Below are positions 24,302 to 36,984 of a stretch of 64,000 nucleotides of DNA, piece by piece; position 1 is the stretch's first letter, and each line of letters begins with the position of its first letter. The notes below the pieces were generated by a model. That model was not told the origin of the DNA. It was given only the letters and a program-made list of their open reading frames with translations, and made no database searches. The DNA is from Octopus vulgaris (Eukaryota). Both the position numbers and the translations under genes were made by a program. The stretch is from assembly GCA_951406725.2 (NCBI GenBank), contig OX597822.1, positions 85,436,001-85,500,000 on the forward strand. Direction: 5' to 3'.

Positions 24302-24529
24302 GAAGCGAGAAACACAAAAGGAGTAGAAAAAGTTGAAAACAAAGAAACGGTGAGAGAGAAAGGAAGAGAGAGTAAAGAAGAGGGAGAAAGAAGGAGAGAC
24401 AGAGAGGGGGAAAGAGAGACGGAAGGAGGGAGCGTGGGCGGTAAAGAGCGGGGAGGGAAAGAAACGGTGATTCTTAGTAAAATCTGGAGTGAAAGGAAGG
24501 TTTAGTTGATTGCAGCTTTTGTTGTTGAA

Positions 24530-24700
24530 TTCTTGCGTCAGTTGCAGACGACGTTTGAAACTGGATTCCAATTGATAACAGTGGCTGGTGTTGGACTGTT
24601 CCTGCGCCTATCGCAGACGTCTACAGCTGGTTCGAAACCAGAACCGCTTCCACATAGAACCAATTGGTCACGTGCTGGCACCAACCGTTTCTTTTAGTCC
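24530..24700. promoter_or_regulatory. Candidate cis-regulatory island (CCAAT box fused to E-box)
   Basis: CCAATTGG (24660-24667) overlapping GGTCACGTG (24666-24674) in unique CpG-containing DNA. Confidence 0.35.
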
Positions 24701-25842
24701 CAACTAAAACAGTTTTTTTGGCTTCTTTTTTGCTTGTCAAAGTGTACTGTTACTTCTTTTTCATTCATCATCTTTTTCTTTCATTTCTTCTTCTTCTTCT
24801 TCTTCTTACAAAAATACACATTTACATGCATTTGTATGTACACACATAAGTATACATATCTTATATACACACATGTATTATGTGTCTCGTTCCTTCTCTT
24901 CCTTCTCCTCCTCCTCCACCTCCTCACCTTTCTCTGTTGTTTTTTTTTTTAAGTCGGACCCAGACAGACAAAAGTAAATCAACATCAGAGTTTCGAAACT
25001 CAGTTGTAAATCACTTCAATTAATCTTTTTCCAAAACAAGTAGAGGCATGAACTTCACAACTTCATTTCATTTTTAAGCTTAATTCGAGCAGAATTAGAA
25101 TCCCGTTGAGGGAGGGTTTAATCTTAAACCAAAGAAATACAGAGCTTTTTGGCCATTTCAGCCCAACTAGGAAGGGAGACAATTTAGCACAACGTGAGCA
25201 GAATACATAAAAGATTTACAGGAAACAAACATAATCTTTTTTACTCTATGCACAAGGCCCGAAATGCTTGGGGAGGAGGCCAGTCGATTAGATCGACCCC
25301 AGTATGCGACTGCTACTTAATTTATCGACCCCGAAAAGATGAAAGGCAAACTCGACCTCGGCGGAACAGAAAACAAACGTATCAACCATGTATTTCCGTC
25401 ATCAGTATGGCTACTATTTCATAAAATCAAGCGATCACATTGACGTTTCTCATTGACTAGTTTAACACTTCGTTGTTTGACTCCGAGCTGACCCATACTC
25501 AACGGCGTTCCAGCCATGACTGCATCGTCGTATTTCGTTAAATATATTGCTCTATGTTGGACACAGGTATCCAATGCGCCCTCCTCCTCTTATCATTTAT
25601 TTAGTTGAGTCGGTGGTCAGTGATTGGGTGAAGGCCCGGGGCCTGTGGTCAGTGATGGGGTGAAGGTGTGGGGTCTAGTGGGTAAGGTATTCGGATCATG
25701 GTCATAATAGCATAGGTTCAATTCCTGGACTGGGAGAGCGAGTTCTGTTTGAGCAAGGTACATCATTTCACATTGCTTTTGTCTTATCAGCTGAAAATGG
25801 ATATCACCCGGGTACTAATGTAGCTCTCTCTTTCTCTTTCTC

Positions 25843-25883
<41 letters not shown>

Positions 25884-26469
25884 CAGCTGTTATATCCTGG
25901 ATGTAGCAGTTGATCAAAAGGTAGAAGAGTTGAAGAGATGTTTGTATCCACTCTCGCAACCATATAGGCACCTAAAACACTTAGCGAAAGCATGGTACAT
26001 CTTACCAAGCCGTACTCATTCACGGCTGACCACTGGCTTATTCGAGTGTGTAATCCGAGAGAGCTTTAGCTGCTTTTTCTAGCAAACTTAGAGACCACTT
26101 AGAAGCAGCCCCGTTAGGTGATTACGAGATCTGAATATGACAAGGGTAAAGGTTGTTTCTAAATCAGTTTATTTTTATGCTTATAGTTTTGACAAGGAAA
26201 CTTGGCAGCAGATGACAGGCTAAAACGACTGCCAGATGGCTTGTGTTGTTAATAAAATAATTACTTCATTAGGAAGAGAAGGGGATTAATTGGCAAAGTA
26301 AATTAAAGGAAAGCACAACGCGAGCGCTGGTAATTAAACATATGAGGCTTTTGCACGAATCAAGCGATTCTCGACGCAATCGACCGTTATGACCAGAAAT
26401 AGCAGTTACATCTCTCTCAAATTCTACCCTACCATTTACAAAATGTATGGTATTATTATTTTAAAACAT

Positions 26470-27160
26470 GAAGGCGGCGACCTGGCAGAAACGTTAGCAC
26501 GCCGGGCGAAATGCGTAGCCGTATTTCGTCTGTCATTACGTTCTGAGTTCAAATTCCGCAGAGGTCGACTTTGCCTTTCATCCTTTCGGGGTCGATAAAT
26601 TAAGTACCAGTTACGCACTGGGGTCGATGTAATCGATTGACTTAATCCGTTTGTCTGTCCTTGTTTGTTATCTCTGTGTTTAGCCCCTTGTGGGTAGTAA
26701 AGAAATAGGTATTTCTTCCGTCTTTACATTCTGAGTTCGAATTCCGCCCAGGTCAACGTTGACTTTCATTCTTTAAATAAGGCGGTGAGCTGGCAGAAAC
26801 GTTAGCACGCCGGGCGAAATGCTGAGCGGTATTTCGTCTGCTGTTACGTTCTGAGTTCAAATTCCGCAGAGGTCGACTTTGCCTTTCATCCTTTCGGGGT
26901 CGATTAAATAAGTACCAGTTACGCACTGGGGTCGATATAATCGACTTAATCCGTTTTTTTTTTCTGTCTTTGTTTGTCCTCTCTGTGTTTGGCCCCTTGT
27001 GGGTAGTAAAGAAATAGGTATTTCTTCCGGCTCTTTACGTCATGAGTTCAAATTCTACGGAGATAAATTTTGCCTTCGATGTCAGTAGAATAAACGTCAA
27101 TCGAGTGCTGGGATTCGACGTAATCGACTTGTGCCCTTCCCCTCAAAATCGCTGGCCTTG
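26470..27160 (+). mobile_element. Tandem SINE family B copies (two young-looking copies plus older partial bodies)
   Basis: AAGGCGGCGA(G)CTGGCAGAAACGTTAGCACGCCGGGCGAAATG...CCTTTCATCCTTTCGGGGTCGAT...GCCCCTTGTGGGTAGTAAAGAAATAGG at 26470-26710 and 26779-27020. Confidence 0.9.
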
Positions 27161-27937
27161 AACTCTGCAGCTAACCAGCGAAAATGTTGTGATCTTGGTC
27201 ACTCACAAATGACTGCGTGAAAACCCGGCCTTGAGGACACCCAAGGATCGGGAGAAAAAATGTTTAATAAAGAACACAATGGTTAATAGAATCATAGTAC
27301 ATTATACCTAAATAAATAGCGCGGTGGCCTCGGAAGGAACGCTCCGGCAGAGCAAACCTGAAGGTAGATAATACGATATTATGAGGGACACTCTTCTTAT
27401 CGCTCAACCTGCTAGAAACACCAGTCAAGTCCCTCCTGCCGTTTTAAAAATTTATAGAAAATTACACAATGTCGTCTCTGATATATCAAAAGGCGGAACA
27501 GTCACGGTTGGAACGCCTTTGCTAACAGATTTATTCGGTCAGGTTTGACTTAGAACTAAACCACAGCAATACAAGGAAACACACACAGTCACACAGCATA
27601 CACACACGCATGCAGATAGTCAGTGAAATGCAAGCATACACATACATACACTATGATATACAAACATAATCACATGTAACTTAATAAGCGCACACATACA
27701 ACATCCATACATACACACATATAATAATTATCTGTAAGCACATACACACATATAATAATTATCTGTAAGCACATACACACATACACCTACACGTGCATAC
27801 ATACATACATACATTTACAATTATACTCAAGCGCGTACACACACACATACACACACACACATCTGAAACGTTACTATCAACCCAAACACTTAATTTATTC
27901 GCTCCTGAACAATACACACATACATACACACACACGC

Positions 27938-28034
<97 letters not shown>

Positions 28035-28070
28035 GTATACAGAAGTTAGGAAACGTCACCGAAGTCTTAC

Positions 28071-28250
28071 CTATCCATTTCGCTTTCACCGCAGCGCCGC
28101 CGCCTTCACCCCAAAACATTTTTCTGTGAAAAGTATTTGATAACAAACCCATAACAAACAAAATTTAAAAAATTAACGAAAACGAAAACTCCCCAAAAAA
28201 CAAAAGAAACCATGTTTCTCGGTCTACATGTCAATCGACGCCATTGTTAA
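28071..28250 (-). other. Candidate first exon of a minus-strand host gene
   Basis: Consensus donor AG|GTAAGA (boundary 28071/28070) about 180 nt downstream of a YY1/ETS/GC-box island. Possible starts are ATGGATAG| or MFWGEGGGAAVKAKWIG. The 5' boundary is uncertain. Confidence 0.45.
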
Positions 28251-28590
28251 CCGGATCCGGATGTCCTAGGTGTGCTCGTGGCCATCTTCAATATGGCGGT
28301 TGACGACACCCACCATATGTAGCCCCGCCCACCACGACAGTAGCGGTTGCGTTGTCACGCACGCATCGCTTCTGTGTAATACAGATCCGATCCCTGTCAT
28401 TAATTTATAACACGTAAAGCTTGTTCCTTGTTCGTGTCTGCAAGTTGTAGTCTTCGACGTTTCCTCGTTTTCTTGATTCAAAGCTAAGCCACAGAAAACC
28501 AGCAATGGAACGGCGGTTAACCAACTCACAACCGCTTTCACTTCCAAGATCGTCATTACCACCGCCTCGTCCGCCCCTCCTATTCACTTA
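28235..28590 (-). promoter_or_regulatory. CpG-rich TATA-less promoter candidate
   Basis: YY1-type CGCCATTGT (28239-47), GCCATCTT (28281-88) and AATATGGCGG (28290-99); ETS CCGGATGT (28257-64); GC boxes CCCCGCCC (28323-30) and TCCGCCCC (28570-77). Confidence 0.6.
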
Positions 28591-28649
28591 ATTAGTTTCA
28601 CATTTCCCCACCCCCACCTACACTTCAGTCTTTAATTTCATTTTGTCAC

Positions 28650-28665
28650 ACTATCTCCATATCCC

Positions 28666-28727
<62 letters not shown>

Positions 28728-28769
28728 CCTCTATCTATCTATCCCTCTGTCTATATATTTATCTATCTA

Positions 28770-28806
<37 letters not shown>

Positions 28807-28817
28807 CTATCTATATT

Positions 28818-28854
<37 letters not shown>

Positions 28855-28920
28855 TTATCTATCTGTCTCTCTCTCTCTATCTGTCTATCTATCTGTCCGT
28901 CTGGCTGGTTGGCTGTCAGC

Positions 28921-28986
<66 letters not shown>

Positions 28987-29117
28987 GTCTGTTTGTCTGT
29001 CTATCTATTTATCTATCTGTCTGTCTGTTTGTCTGTCTATCTATCCGTTTGGCAGACTGGCTGGCTGGCTGGCTGGCTGTCAGCCTATCTATCTAACTAT
29101 CTGTCTGTCTGTCTGTA

Positions 29118-29151
<34 letters not shown>

Positions 29152-29300
29152 CATACATACCTCTATATATATATCTATACATACATACATACATACATGC
29201 ATACATACATACATACATACATACATACATACATACATACATACATACATACATACATACATACATACATACATACATACATACATGTATGTATATAAAT
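28650..29300. repeat. Compound (TCTA)n/(TA)n/(TACA)n microsatellite
   Basis: Visible directly in the sequence. Confidence 0.93.
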
Positions 29301-29444
29301 TAATTATAAAGACTCCTTAAGAATCAAGGCACATCAATATGTCAGACGCCAGAAAATGTCTACGTACAAACATATATAGCTCACGTTGAAATAAAGAAGA
29401 TTGTAAATTGAGCAAGCAGGAGACCGTTGATTCGTTATTACTAC

Positions 29445-29518
<74 letters not shown>

Positions 29519-29519
29519 T

Positions 29520-30035
29520 CTTTTGTTCTTTTATTCTGTTATTTGTTTCAATCATTTGATTGCGGCCATGCTGGAGCACCACCTTAAAGGGCTTTAGTCG
29601 AACAAATCGACCCCAGGACTTATCTTTGTAAGCCTAGTACTTATTCTATCGGTCTTTTTTTGCCGAACCGCTAATATTACGGAGACATAAGCACACCAAC
29701 GACGGTCGTCAAGCGATGCCAAGGGGGCAAACACAGACTCAAAGACACACGCTCACATAGATATACACACACACACACACACACACATACACAGATGTAT
29801 ATATGTACTTCTTATCTTTTACTTGTTTCAGCCATTCGACGGCGGCCATTCTGGGGCACAGGCTTGATGTTATTTTTATTATTTTTTTTGGTTTTAGTCG
29901 AACGAATGACTCCAGGACTTATTTCTTAAAGCCTTGTAATTATTCTGTCAGTCTGTTTTGCCGAACCACTAAACTATGGAGACTTAAATAGACCAACACC
30001 GGTTGTCAACCAATGATAAGGGGCAAACACACGCA
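29520..30035 (-). mobile_element. Two SINE family A 3' parts
   Basis: GCGGCCATGCTGGAGCACC...GTCGAACAAATCGACCCCAGGACTTAT...GCCGAACCGCTAA occurs at about 29520-29745 and, more diverged, at about 29810-30035. Confidence 0.8.
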
Positions 30036-30071
30036 CAAACACACTCATGCACACACACACACACACATGCA

Positions 30072-30144
<73 letters not shown>

Positions 30145-30284
30145 CCACATCAACGGCAACAGCCGCGGCGATATCGCCAGACCCACGCCTCGTAATGATA
30201 ACAGCATCGATATCAGTTCCAGCAACATCAGCGGCAACAGCAACATCTTCAGGCCCTGGGCCAACCGAAGATGCGTCAGACATG

Positions 30285-30900
30285 TGAACCCAACCAACAC
30301 TCAAGCCTGGACATTTATCGGGTCGGCCGGAACAGCCTTCAAGTGGCAACTGTACAACCACAGGTGCTCTTTCAGGATTCCGGAAAGACGATTTGTCACA
30401 TCCCTGACTAGCCATGTGTGGCGCCTCAGAGATGAAGGGATCCCATACGATAGCAAGTGAATGATCATAGAGTGGCCGGGATCCTACATTAGTGGGAGCG
30501 AATGCTGCAAGATTTGCATAGCTGAGCGAGCAAGGATCCTCAAAGACTTCCTAAAACCAGAATTACTGAACTCTCACCAGGAAATTTACAATCCCTGCGT
30601 CTATTGCAAACGCTACCTGCTGAAAGCATGGGATTCCCCGTTCTTCGGTTAGATCCCAGAAATATCCTTACGAACTAAAAGCAGCGTAAGGGCTAAATTC
30701 CTTGTTGCCCCTCTTTTGGCCCAGATGAACTGATCTAAGTGAGATAGCCCGTCCTCACCGACCCGGATTGTTTATTCTTTGGTCACTTACTGAGTGATCG
30801 TAACGGATTCCTGCCTCCCATAGTTGAAAAGTTGTATTTGTTTTCGGTTTTAGAGTCTGACGGCTCGTCATACTCTAAAGCCGAAGACAAATATAACTGT
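30285..30900 (+). mobile_element. PLE 3' end: GIY-YIG endonuclease C-terminus plus terminal fold-back
   Basis: FIGSAGTAFKWQLYNHRCSFR...TSLTSHVWRLRDEG...CKICIAERARILK...LLNSHQEIYNPC matches the Penelope/Poseidon-type YIG...NH..SFR...CxLCxxE...LLNxRxE pattern. Confidence 0.85.
30830..30898 (+). repeat. 69-nt near-perfect hairpin (27 bp + 1 mismatch + 5 bp, 3-nt loop)
   Basis: Paired base by base; the three non-Watson-Crick stem pairs are G-U on the + strand. Confidence 0.9.
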
Positions 30901-31458
30901 ATGTCTACTTTTTTAGGGTCTTCCTTGTTGCTGTCACATTGTGAAATTTTAAAATTACGTCAAAATTTTCAAATTTGATATATTGAAATGATGTTCCACA
31001 TTAATCTGATTTTGTTATTTATTGGTTCCAGAAAAATTGCAAAAAAATGTTTCTGTGGTTCAAAGTTTAATCAGTTTTACCTAATCAGAAGACAGGATTT
31101 GGAAGCTGACATTGTCTGCATGATAGCTGTCTATCACAAAATGAAAGCAAAATCATTACGAGGAGGAATTTTAATTAAGCAAATGAAAGCAAAGCATTAC
31201 GACGACCAAAATTGTAAGAACTTTTGAAGCTTTTATATGTTTTAATGAATAAAGTTATGTGAAACAGTTGAACAAACATGTAAATAATTCAAAAAGGAAA
31301 AGATCGTCATGGAATTTGTTTGTGAAAAATTGCACAAATCTGTCCTGATCAAGAAATCTATCTGTTGGGGAAGGCATGGTCTGACATGGAGTAAACAGAA
31401 ATTTATATAAGACATTCTATTGTAGAAATTGCCCGGCAACGACGAGCTGTTCACCTGG

Positions 31459-31536
<78 letters not shown>

Positions 31537-31785
31537 TGTTGTACCATATATTATATTTTACTTGCTTCTGTGATCTGACTGCGGCCATTGTAGAAGACAT
31601 TTGACCAAAGTGCCGCGTAGTGGGACTGAACCCGGAAGCATGTTGTTCGGAAGCAAATTTATCATCGTGCAGCTATGGTTGTGTGCGTGTGTGTGTATAC
31701 AAAATTTAGCGGACTGACCACTAAAAAATAGACAGCTAAAAAATAGACAGATGTGATTCCGTTAGATTTCCGCCTTGACGACGAA

Positions 31786-31857
<72 letters not shown>

Positions 31858-31956
31858 CGCCATTTTCCACGAAGAATGTGCTCTCAAGAAAAAAATCAGC
31901 AAAAAACCAAAGTGTAAAAATAAGCAAGACAAATGAAAATATACGAAAATTAAAAT

Positions 31957-32034
<78 letters not shown>

Positions 32035-32039
32035 TTTCA

Positions 32040-32250
32040 AAATGTGACTTCATGTGTACCGTTGGCGACTTTTTCCTCTGTCTTCCCTTCTCTGGATCTT
32101 TCCTTCTCCTATGTTTCCGACGAAGAGCTCCGCTAGAAACGTTAAACCCTCCTTCTTTCCTTCTTTCCTGAGCGTCCAATAATACTATATTTGTTCCACG
32201 TCCTTGCGTTGTTGTGTTTTTTTTTGTGCTTTCTTGTTTGAATTAACTTT
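32040..32250 (+). mobile_element. PLE-terminus-like short repeat next to (TA)n
   Basis: Same family as 18732-18900 and 51682-51776 (CCTGAGCGTCCAATAATAC...TTGTTCCAC...GTTGTTG). Confidence 0.7.
32113..32147 (+). ncRNA. Minimal hammerhead-like motif (CCGACGA core), second copy
   Basis: GUUU-CCGACGA-A-GAGC-UCC-GCUA-GAAA-C-GUU/AAAC: perfect 4-bp helix I, helix II closing pair mutated. Confidence 0.45.
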
Positions 32251-32894
32251 ATATATAAAGTATGAATGTAACAGAAAGTGTAGAAAGCCATCGTAAAGTA
32301 TGTTCTGTATTTAGTTGTGAGTCACGTAGTTCCGAGTTCAAATCTATGCTAGGTTGATAAATTAAACACCATCCATTTACTTGGGCCGCTCTAAAAGACT
32401 TTCTACACATTTCTGTAACTATGCCAATATTTTAAACAGACAGAGCTTCTATATGACAGTTCCGTTTGCTAGAAATAACTACCGAATCTCCCTCAAATAT
32501 ACAATTATTATATGAACAAACGATATATTCAACAGTTTGGTCATAGATGCATATTGTCTGGAAAAATAATGAGATGTTCACGGTTGGAGCGTCTGCTCGT
32601 TTAGTGTTGACCTGTGGATAAATAAAAGCAGCAGCAACCACAACGAGATGGATTTTTCTCATCTTGCATAATTCCTTATAGCGAAACTAGTAAGATTCTT
32701 CTGTCGCTGCTAATCCACAAGACAAGTGGAAGGGTGGAAATAATTCTTTGGAATTTTGGTATAAGGCCAGAAGGATAAAAGCCTAAGTCGATTTCTGTGG
32801 AATTTGAACTCAAAATGGGAAGCCGGAAGAAATGTCGCAAATCATCTATTCTTGCATACTGAAGATTCTACTAGCTTGCCTCTTTATATAATCC

Positions 32895-33425
32895 TTTCAG
32901 GGCAATACGCGTGGTTTAGTGGTTAGGGTCTTCGACTCACCATCACAGATCGTGATTTCGGCAGCACGCTGTATCTGTGAACAAGACACTTTATTTTGCA
33001 TTGCCCCAGTCCAGTCAGCTGGCAAAAATGTGTCGTTCCTGTAATTCAAAGGGCCGGCCTTGTCACATTCTATGTCTCGCTGAATCCCCCTAAAAACTAC
33101 TTTAAAGATACGCGTATCTGCGGAGTACTCAGCCACTTGCACGTTAATTTCACAAGCAGGCTTTTCCATTGATCGGATTAACTGGAACTTCGTCGCCGTA
33201 ACCAACGGAATGCCAGGTTTTCTGATTTAGGCACAAGGCCTGAAATATGGGGGTGTGGAGAGTCGCTTATATCGACCTCATTATTTGACTGGTATTTTTT
33301 TCGGACCCCGAAGTGATAAAAGGCGAAATTGACCTCAGCGGCATTTGAACTCAGAACATAAACAACCAGAGAAATGCTGCTAAGCATCTTGTTCGGTGAT
33401 TCCGTTAGATTTCCACCTTGATGAC
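32895..33425. mobile_element. SINE family C-related (+) followed by SINE family B (-)
   Basis: tRNA head GCGTGGTTTAGTGGTTAGGG with body shared with 55470-55765, then an inverted B-family body. Confidence 0.7.
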
Positions 33426-33428
33426 GAA

Positions 33429-33496
<68 letters not shown>

Positions 33497-35459
33497 TGAT
33501 GATGATGATGATAGTTTATATTGAATTCTCTACGAACGGAATTCGAAACTTTATTTCCGAGCGCAACATTCAAATAAAAAAAACTGAACTCAACTTTGCA
33601 GGTTATGGGGAACCTCGATGGATGGCGGTCGAATTCTTTGAGAGTAAAATGTCTCAGCCATATACAGAACGAAACGTGGAATCTTTGGCAAACTGAATCT
33701 CAGTTCAACCGCAACTAGCTGCCATATTGCAGCAAGAGCAAGAAACGGTTTCGAATCAACGCTAAAATACCAGAGAATGGTTTGAAGGTTTCTGTAGAAA
33801 GAAAATCACCCCTAGAACATATGTAGCTGTAACTGTACGAAGAGGTCGCTTCTGACCATTTCAGTTTTTAATTGGAAACTACCAGGAATTAAACAAAATC
33901 AGTCAGAATTCCAAGAGTCGCTTGACCATCTGCATTGGCAAAATTCATCCAAAACAATTCATTTGAATTTCATGAAATACTTCAGATGAAAGACTTCATT
34001 TTTGGAGTAAGAAGTTTTTTGTATTGCGTTGCTGATTTTCTTTTTTTTTTTTTTTTGTTCTGATTTGTTTTTCTTTTTTGTTTGTTTTTTCTAGGGGAAT
34101 CTTCCGAATGTGTGAATTAGTCATATAGTCGTTATAAATAGCCTCTTCAATTTTAAATTTATATTTCTACAGTTCATTCCCAGTATGATAGCATTAATCT
34201 ATAAAAAGGATAAGTGATTTAATTTATCATATTTAAAATAGATTATTTGGGGGATTAATTTCCAACATGTCTGCCATCATTCTGTTTCCGTGATTCTGAA
34301 GCACGTTTTGAAGATTGACTTTTTAGTTACCCTGTCTCAAAAATCATTTATAAAACGATGTTTACTTGAATAAGAAACATAGTATTTACTTGTACCAACC
34401 AAAATATAGTGAAATAATTATAAATAATTAAAAAATTAATAAATCTTTTTACTTGCAACGCAGGCGCTTACAGTTGGAATATTTCAGGTAGTCGAGCTCT
34501 TAAAAGTTGAGAAGCGAGATGGGTTGTACAAATGAAAACACTACTCTAGCTTATATTGGTCTCTTTCTAAGATGAATCTTTACTGTCCGTTGGAATAGGT
34601 CAGTAATTATTAGAAAATCCTTTCTCTTTTGGTTTTCCTTTCTTTCTTTCTTTCTTTCTTTCTTTTTTTTTTTTTTCTTCTTTGGTTACTTATTTAACAT
34701 TTCGAATAGCATATCAATTTTGTATTTCGCAGAAGCTGAATGTTGACTTGTGTGTATATTGGCGCGCGTGTGCGTGTGTGTGTGTGTGTATGTGTGTGAA
34801 TTGAGGAACATTTCCAACGACTTAGAGACCCTCCACAAACTCTTTATTGGCTTATGATATTGTTGTTGTTGTTGTTGTTGTTGTTTTAACTTTGCAACAC
34901 CCCTAATTGAGTAGAACTATGATCAAAAGCATTCCAACCGTGCCATACTGACATTTTCCTGACATTAATGTATGATTTAGAACGTGTTTAAGATGGTGGA
35001 ATGGTGCGATATGAAAGAGGTGTCGGTGTTATTTATCGCAGAACGAGCGACCACAATGAAGCCCGCTCGTTGGTTCATCTACATTTTCGTCAAGGGTCTT
35101 TTACAACCACAAATGATGAATACAGGGAGATGAATTTCAGACTAAATTAAAAAAATGTAAATTTCTTTGTCGCCAACTTTAACCGTCAGCATCACTGCCA
35201 CCACATCAATCCGCTCAACACCAATGATATTATCGTCCAGCAGTTGACGCTGACACGCGTTTACTTTTAACCTCCATATAAAATGTTCCTCTCATTTGGT
35301 CAATAACGTCATATTACTGTCATGTAAAGCTATCTATTTTATTCCTCGCCGCCAATACATAAACGTTTTATTAACCACCAGCCACGACAAACAAATACAT
35401 TTGTCTCCTTCTTCGGTGTCAGTTAAACTTGAATGATTACACAACCAATGGACCTCCAA

Positions 35460-35499
<40 letters not shown>

Positions 35500-35977
35500 T
35501 CCTTTTTCCCTTGTTTTCCTCTCATTTCATATATTTTCTTATTCATTTATTTCTTTCCTTATGTATTTATCTAGTTTCTTTATTTCTCCCTCTTTTACTT
35601 CCCACCATTCGTCCTCCCCCTCCTCTCCACACCTTTTTATCATTATTGATGTTATTGTTCATTAAAGCATTTTTATTTCCTTGTTTTAGCACCCACCCTC
35701 ATCTCCCCAGACCTTCCATCTTACATCTTCCTCTTCCTTCTCACCATCCTTAAACCGACTCATCGTCCTCCTCCTCCTTCCTTATTTCTTTCGTCTTCAT
35801 CTTCTTAAATTTTTCTCCTCCTCCTCTTCTTCCGTCAGCCTCTCTCCTTACATTTCTCTTCTCTGATACCTTTTACCCCCTGGAGACACAAATTTACAAC
35901 CACCACCTTTAAGAAAATAGCGAAGAAGAAAAAAAAAGACGAAACAAAACGAATGATAAGTTTGTGAAAGCGAGCGT

Positions 35978-36080
35978 GTCACGTGTTAGCTGTGCCACGT
36001 GCACCAAGACGATTGGACGAGATCAATCATTGCGTGCACGTGGTACGATCCGTCCAGTTCGGTTGGTTCGCAAACACGTG
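35978..36080. promoter_or_regulatory. Cluster of four canonical E-boxes
   Basis: CACGTG at 35980, 35996, 36037 and 36075, plus ATTGG at 36012, in unique DNA. Confidence 0.6.
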
Positions 36081-36425
36081 CTGCGATTTCTTTCACTTTA
36101 TTTTCGTTGTTATTGTTTCTATTATTTACATTCATTCGAAACGTTTTCTGGTTCTTTCATTTTTTTTTTTTTTTTTTTTTTTTGTAATTCATTCATTCCT
36201 TCATTCGCTGGTTCGTTCATTCGCTTAATTCTGTCATTCTGATTTCAACAACGGAAAACAAACTAGGAAACCTTACGGAAGTTTAAAGACAGGTTTCGGC
36301 GATAGCAAAGCCGGGGTCGGGGTAAGGAAATACTCTTAGCATCGTTCTGTACCCCTGTCACCATGTCATTCGCAACCACCATCACCATCACCACCACTAC
36401 CGTAACCGTCAGCATCAACCTCACC

Positions 36426-36457
<32 letters not shown>

Positions 36458-36984
36458 AAACATCATCATCATCATCATCATCATAAACATCATCATCATA
36501 AACATCATCATCATCATCATCATCATCTCATCATCATCATAAACATCATCATCATCATCATCGTCATCATCATCATCATCATCATCACCATCATCACGAA
36601 CACACGTCACTACAACCAACATCAACACGACCCCAACGAACACCACAACAATACCAACAGCAACAGCAACAATCACCACTGATTCCATTTCCGAGTCTTC
36701 CAGGCAGCCTCTCTGCAGTCGGTCAACCTGGTTGCTGCACTTGGGAAAATGATGAGATAGTTATGAGTGGAATGTCTTTGATCCTCAATCTAATCCAATC
36801 AGGATGACCGGGGGTTAAACAGCAACATGTCCGTCGCTATCACTACAGCTGATGTCAAAACAGCACTGACTATAACCATGACCACCACTCCTCAGTAGCT
36901 GGATCATCATCGGCAGCAGCACTATCATGGTAACCACATCCACAGCAGAAGCAACAGCCATACGTCTCTCACCAGCCACACCCG

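Noticed and set aside
24623-24632. ACAGCTGGTT matching the complement of the miR-133 3' end
   Set aside because: Only 10 nt match; the seed region is absent and no matching hairpin is evident.
33530-34000. Possible mariner transposase remnant
   Set aside because: Only vague similarity; no WVPHEL/YSPDL motif or paired TIRs could be confirmed.
36040-36058. Minus-strand TGGACGGA identical to the miR-184 5' end
   Set aside because: The match ends after the seed and lies on the 5' arm, whereas miR-184 is a 3p product.
36749-36852. ATGATGA...CTGA as a C/D box snoRNA
   Set aside because: Terminal stem is weak, no clear C'/D' boxes, and no recognisable rRNA guide.
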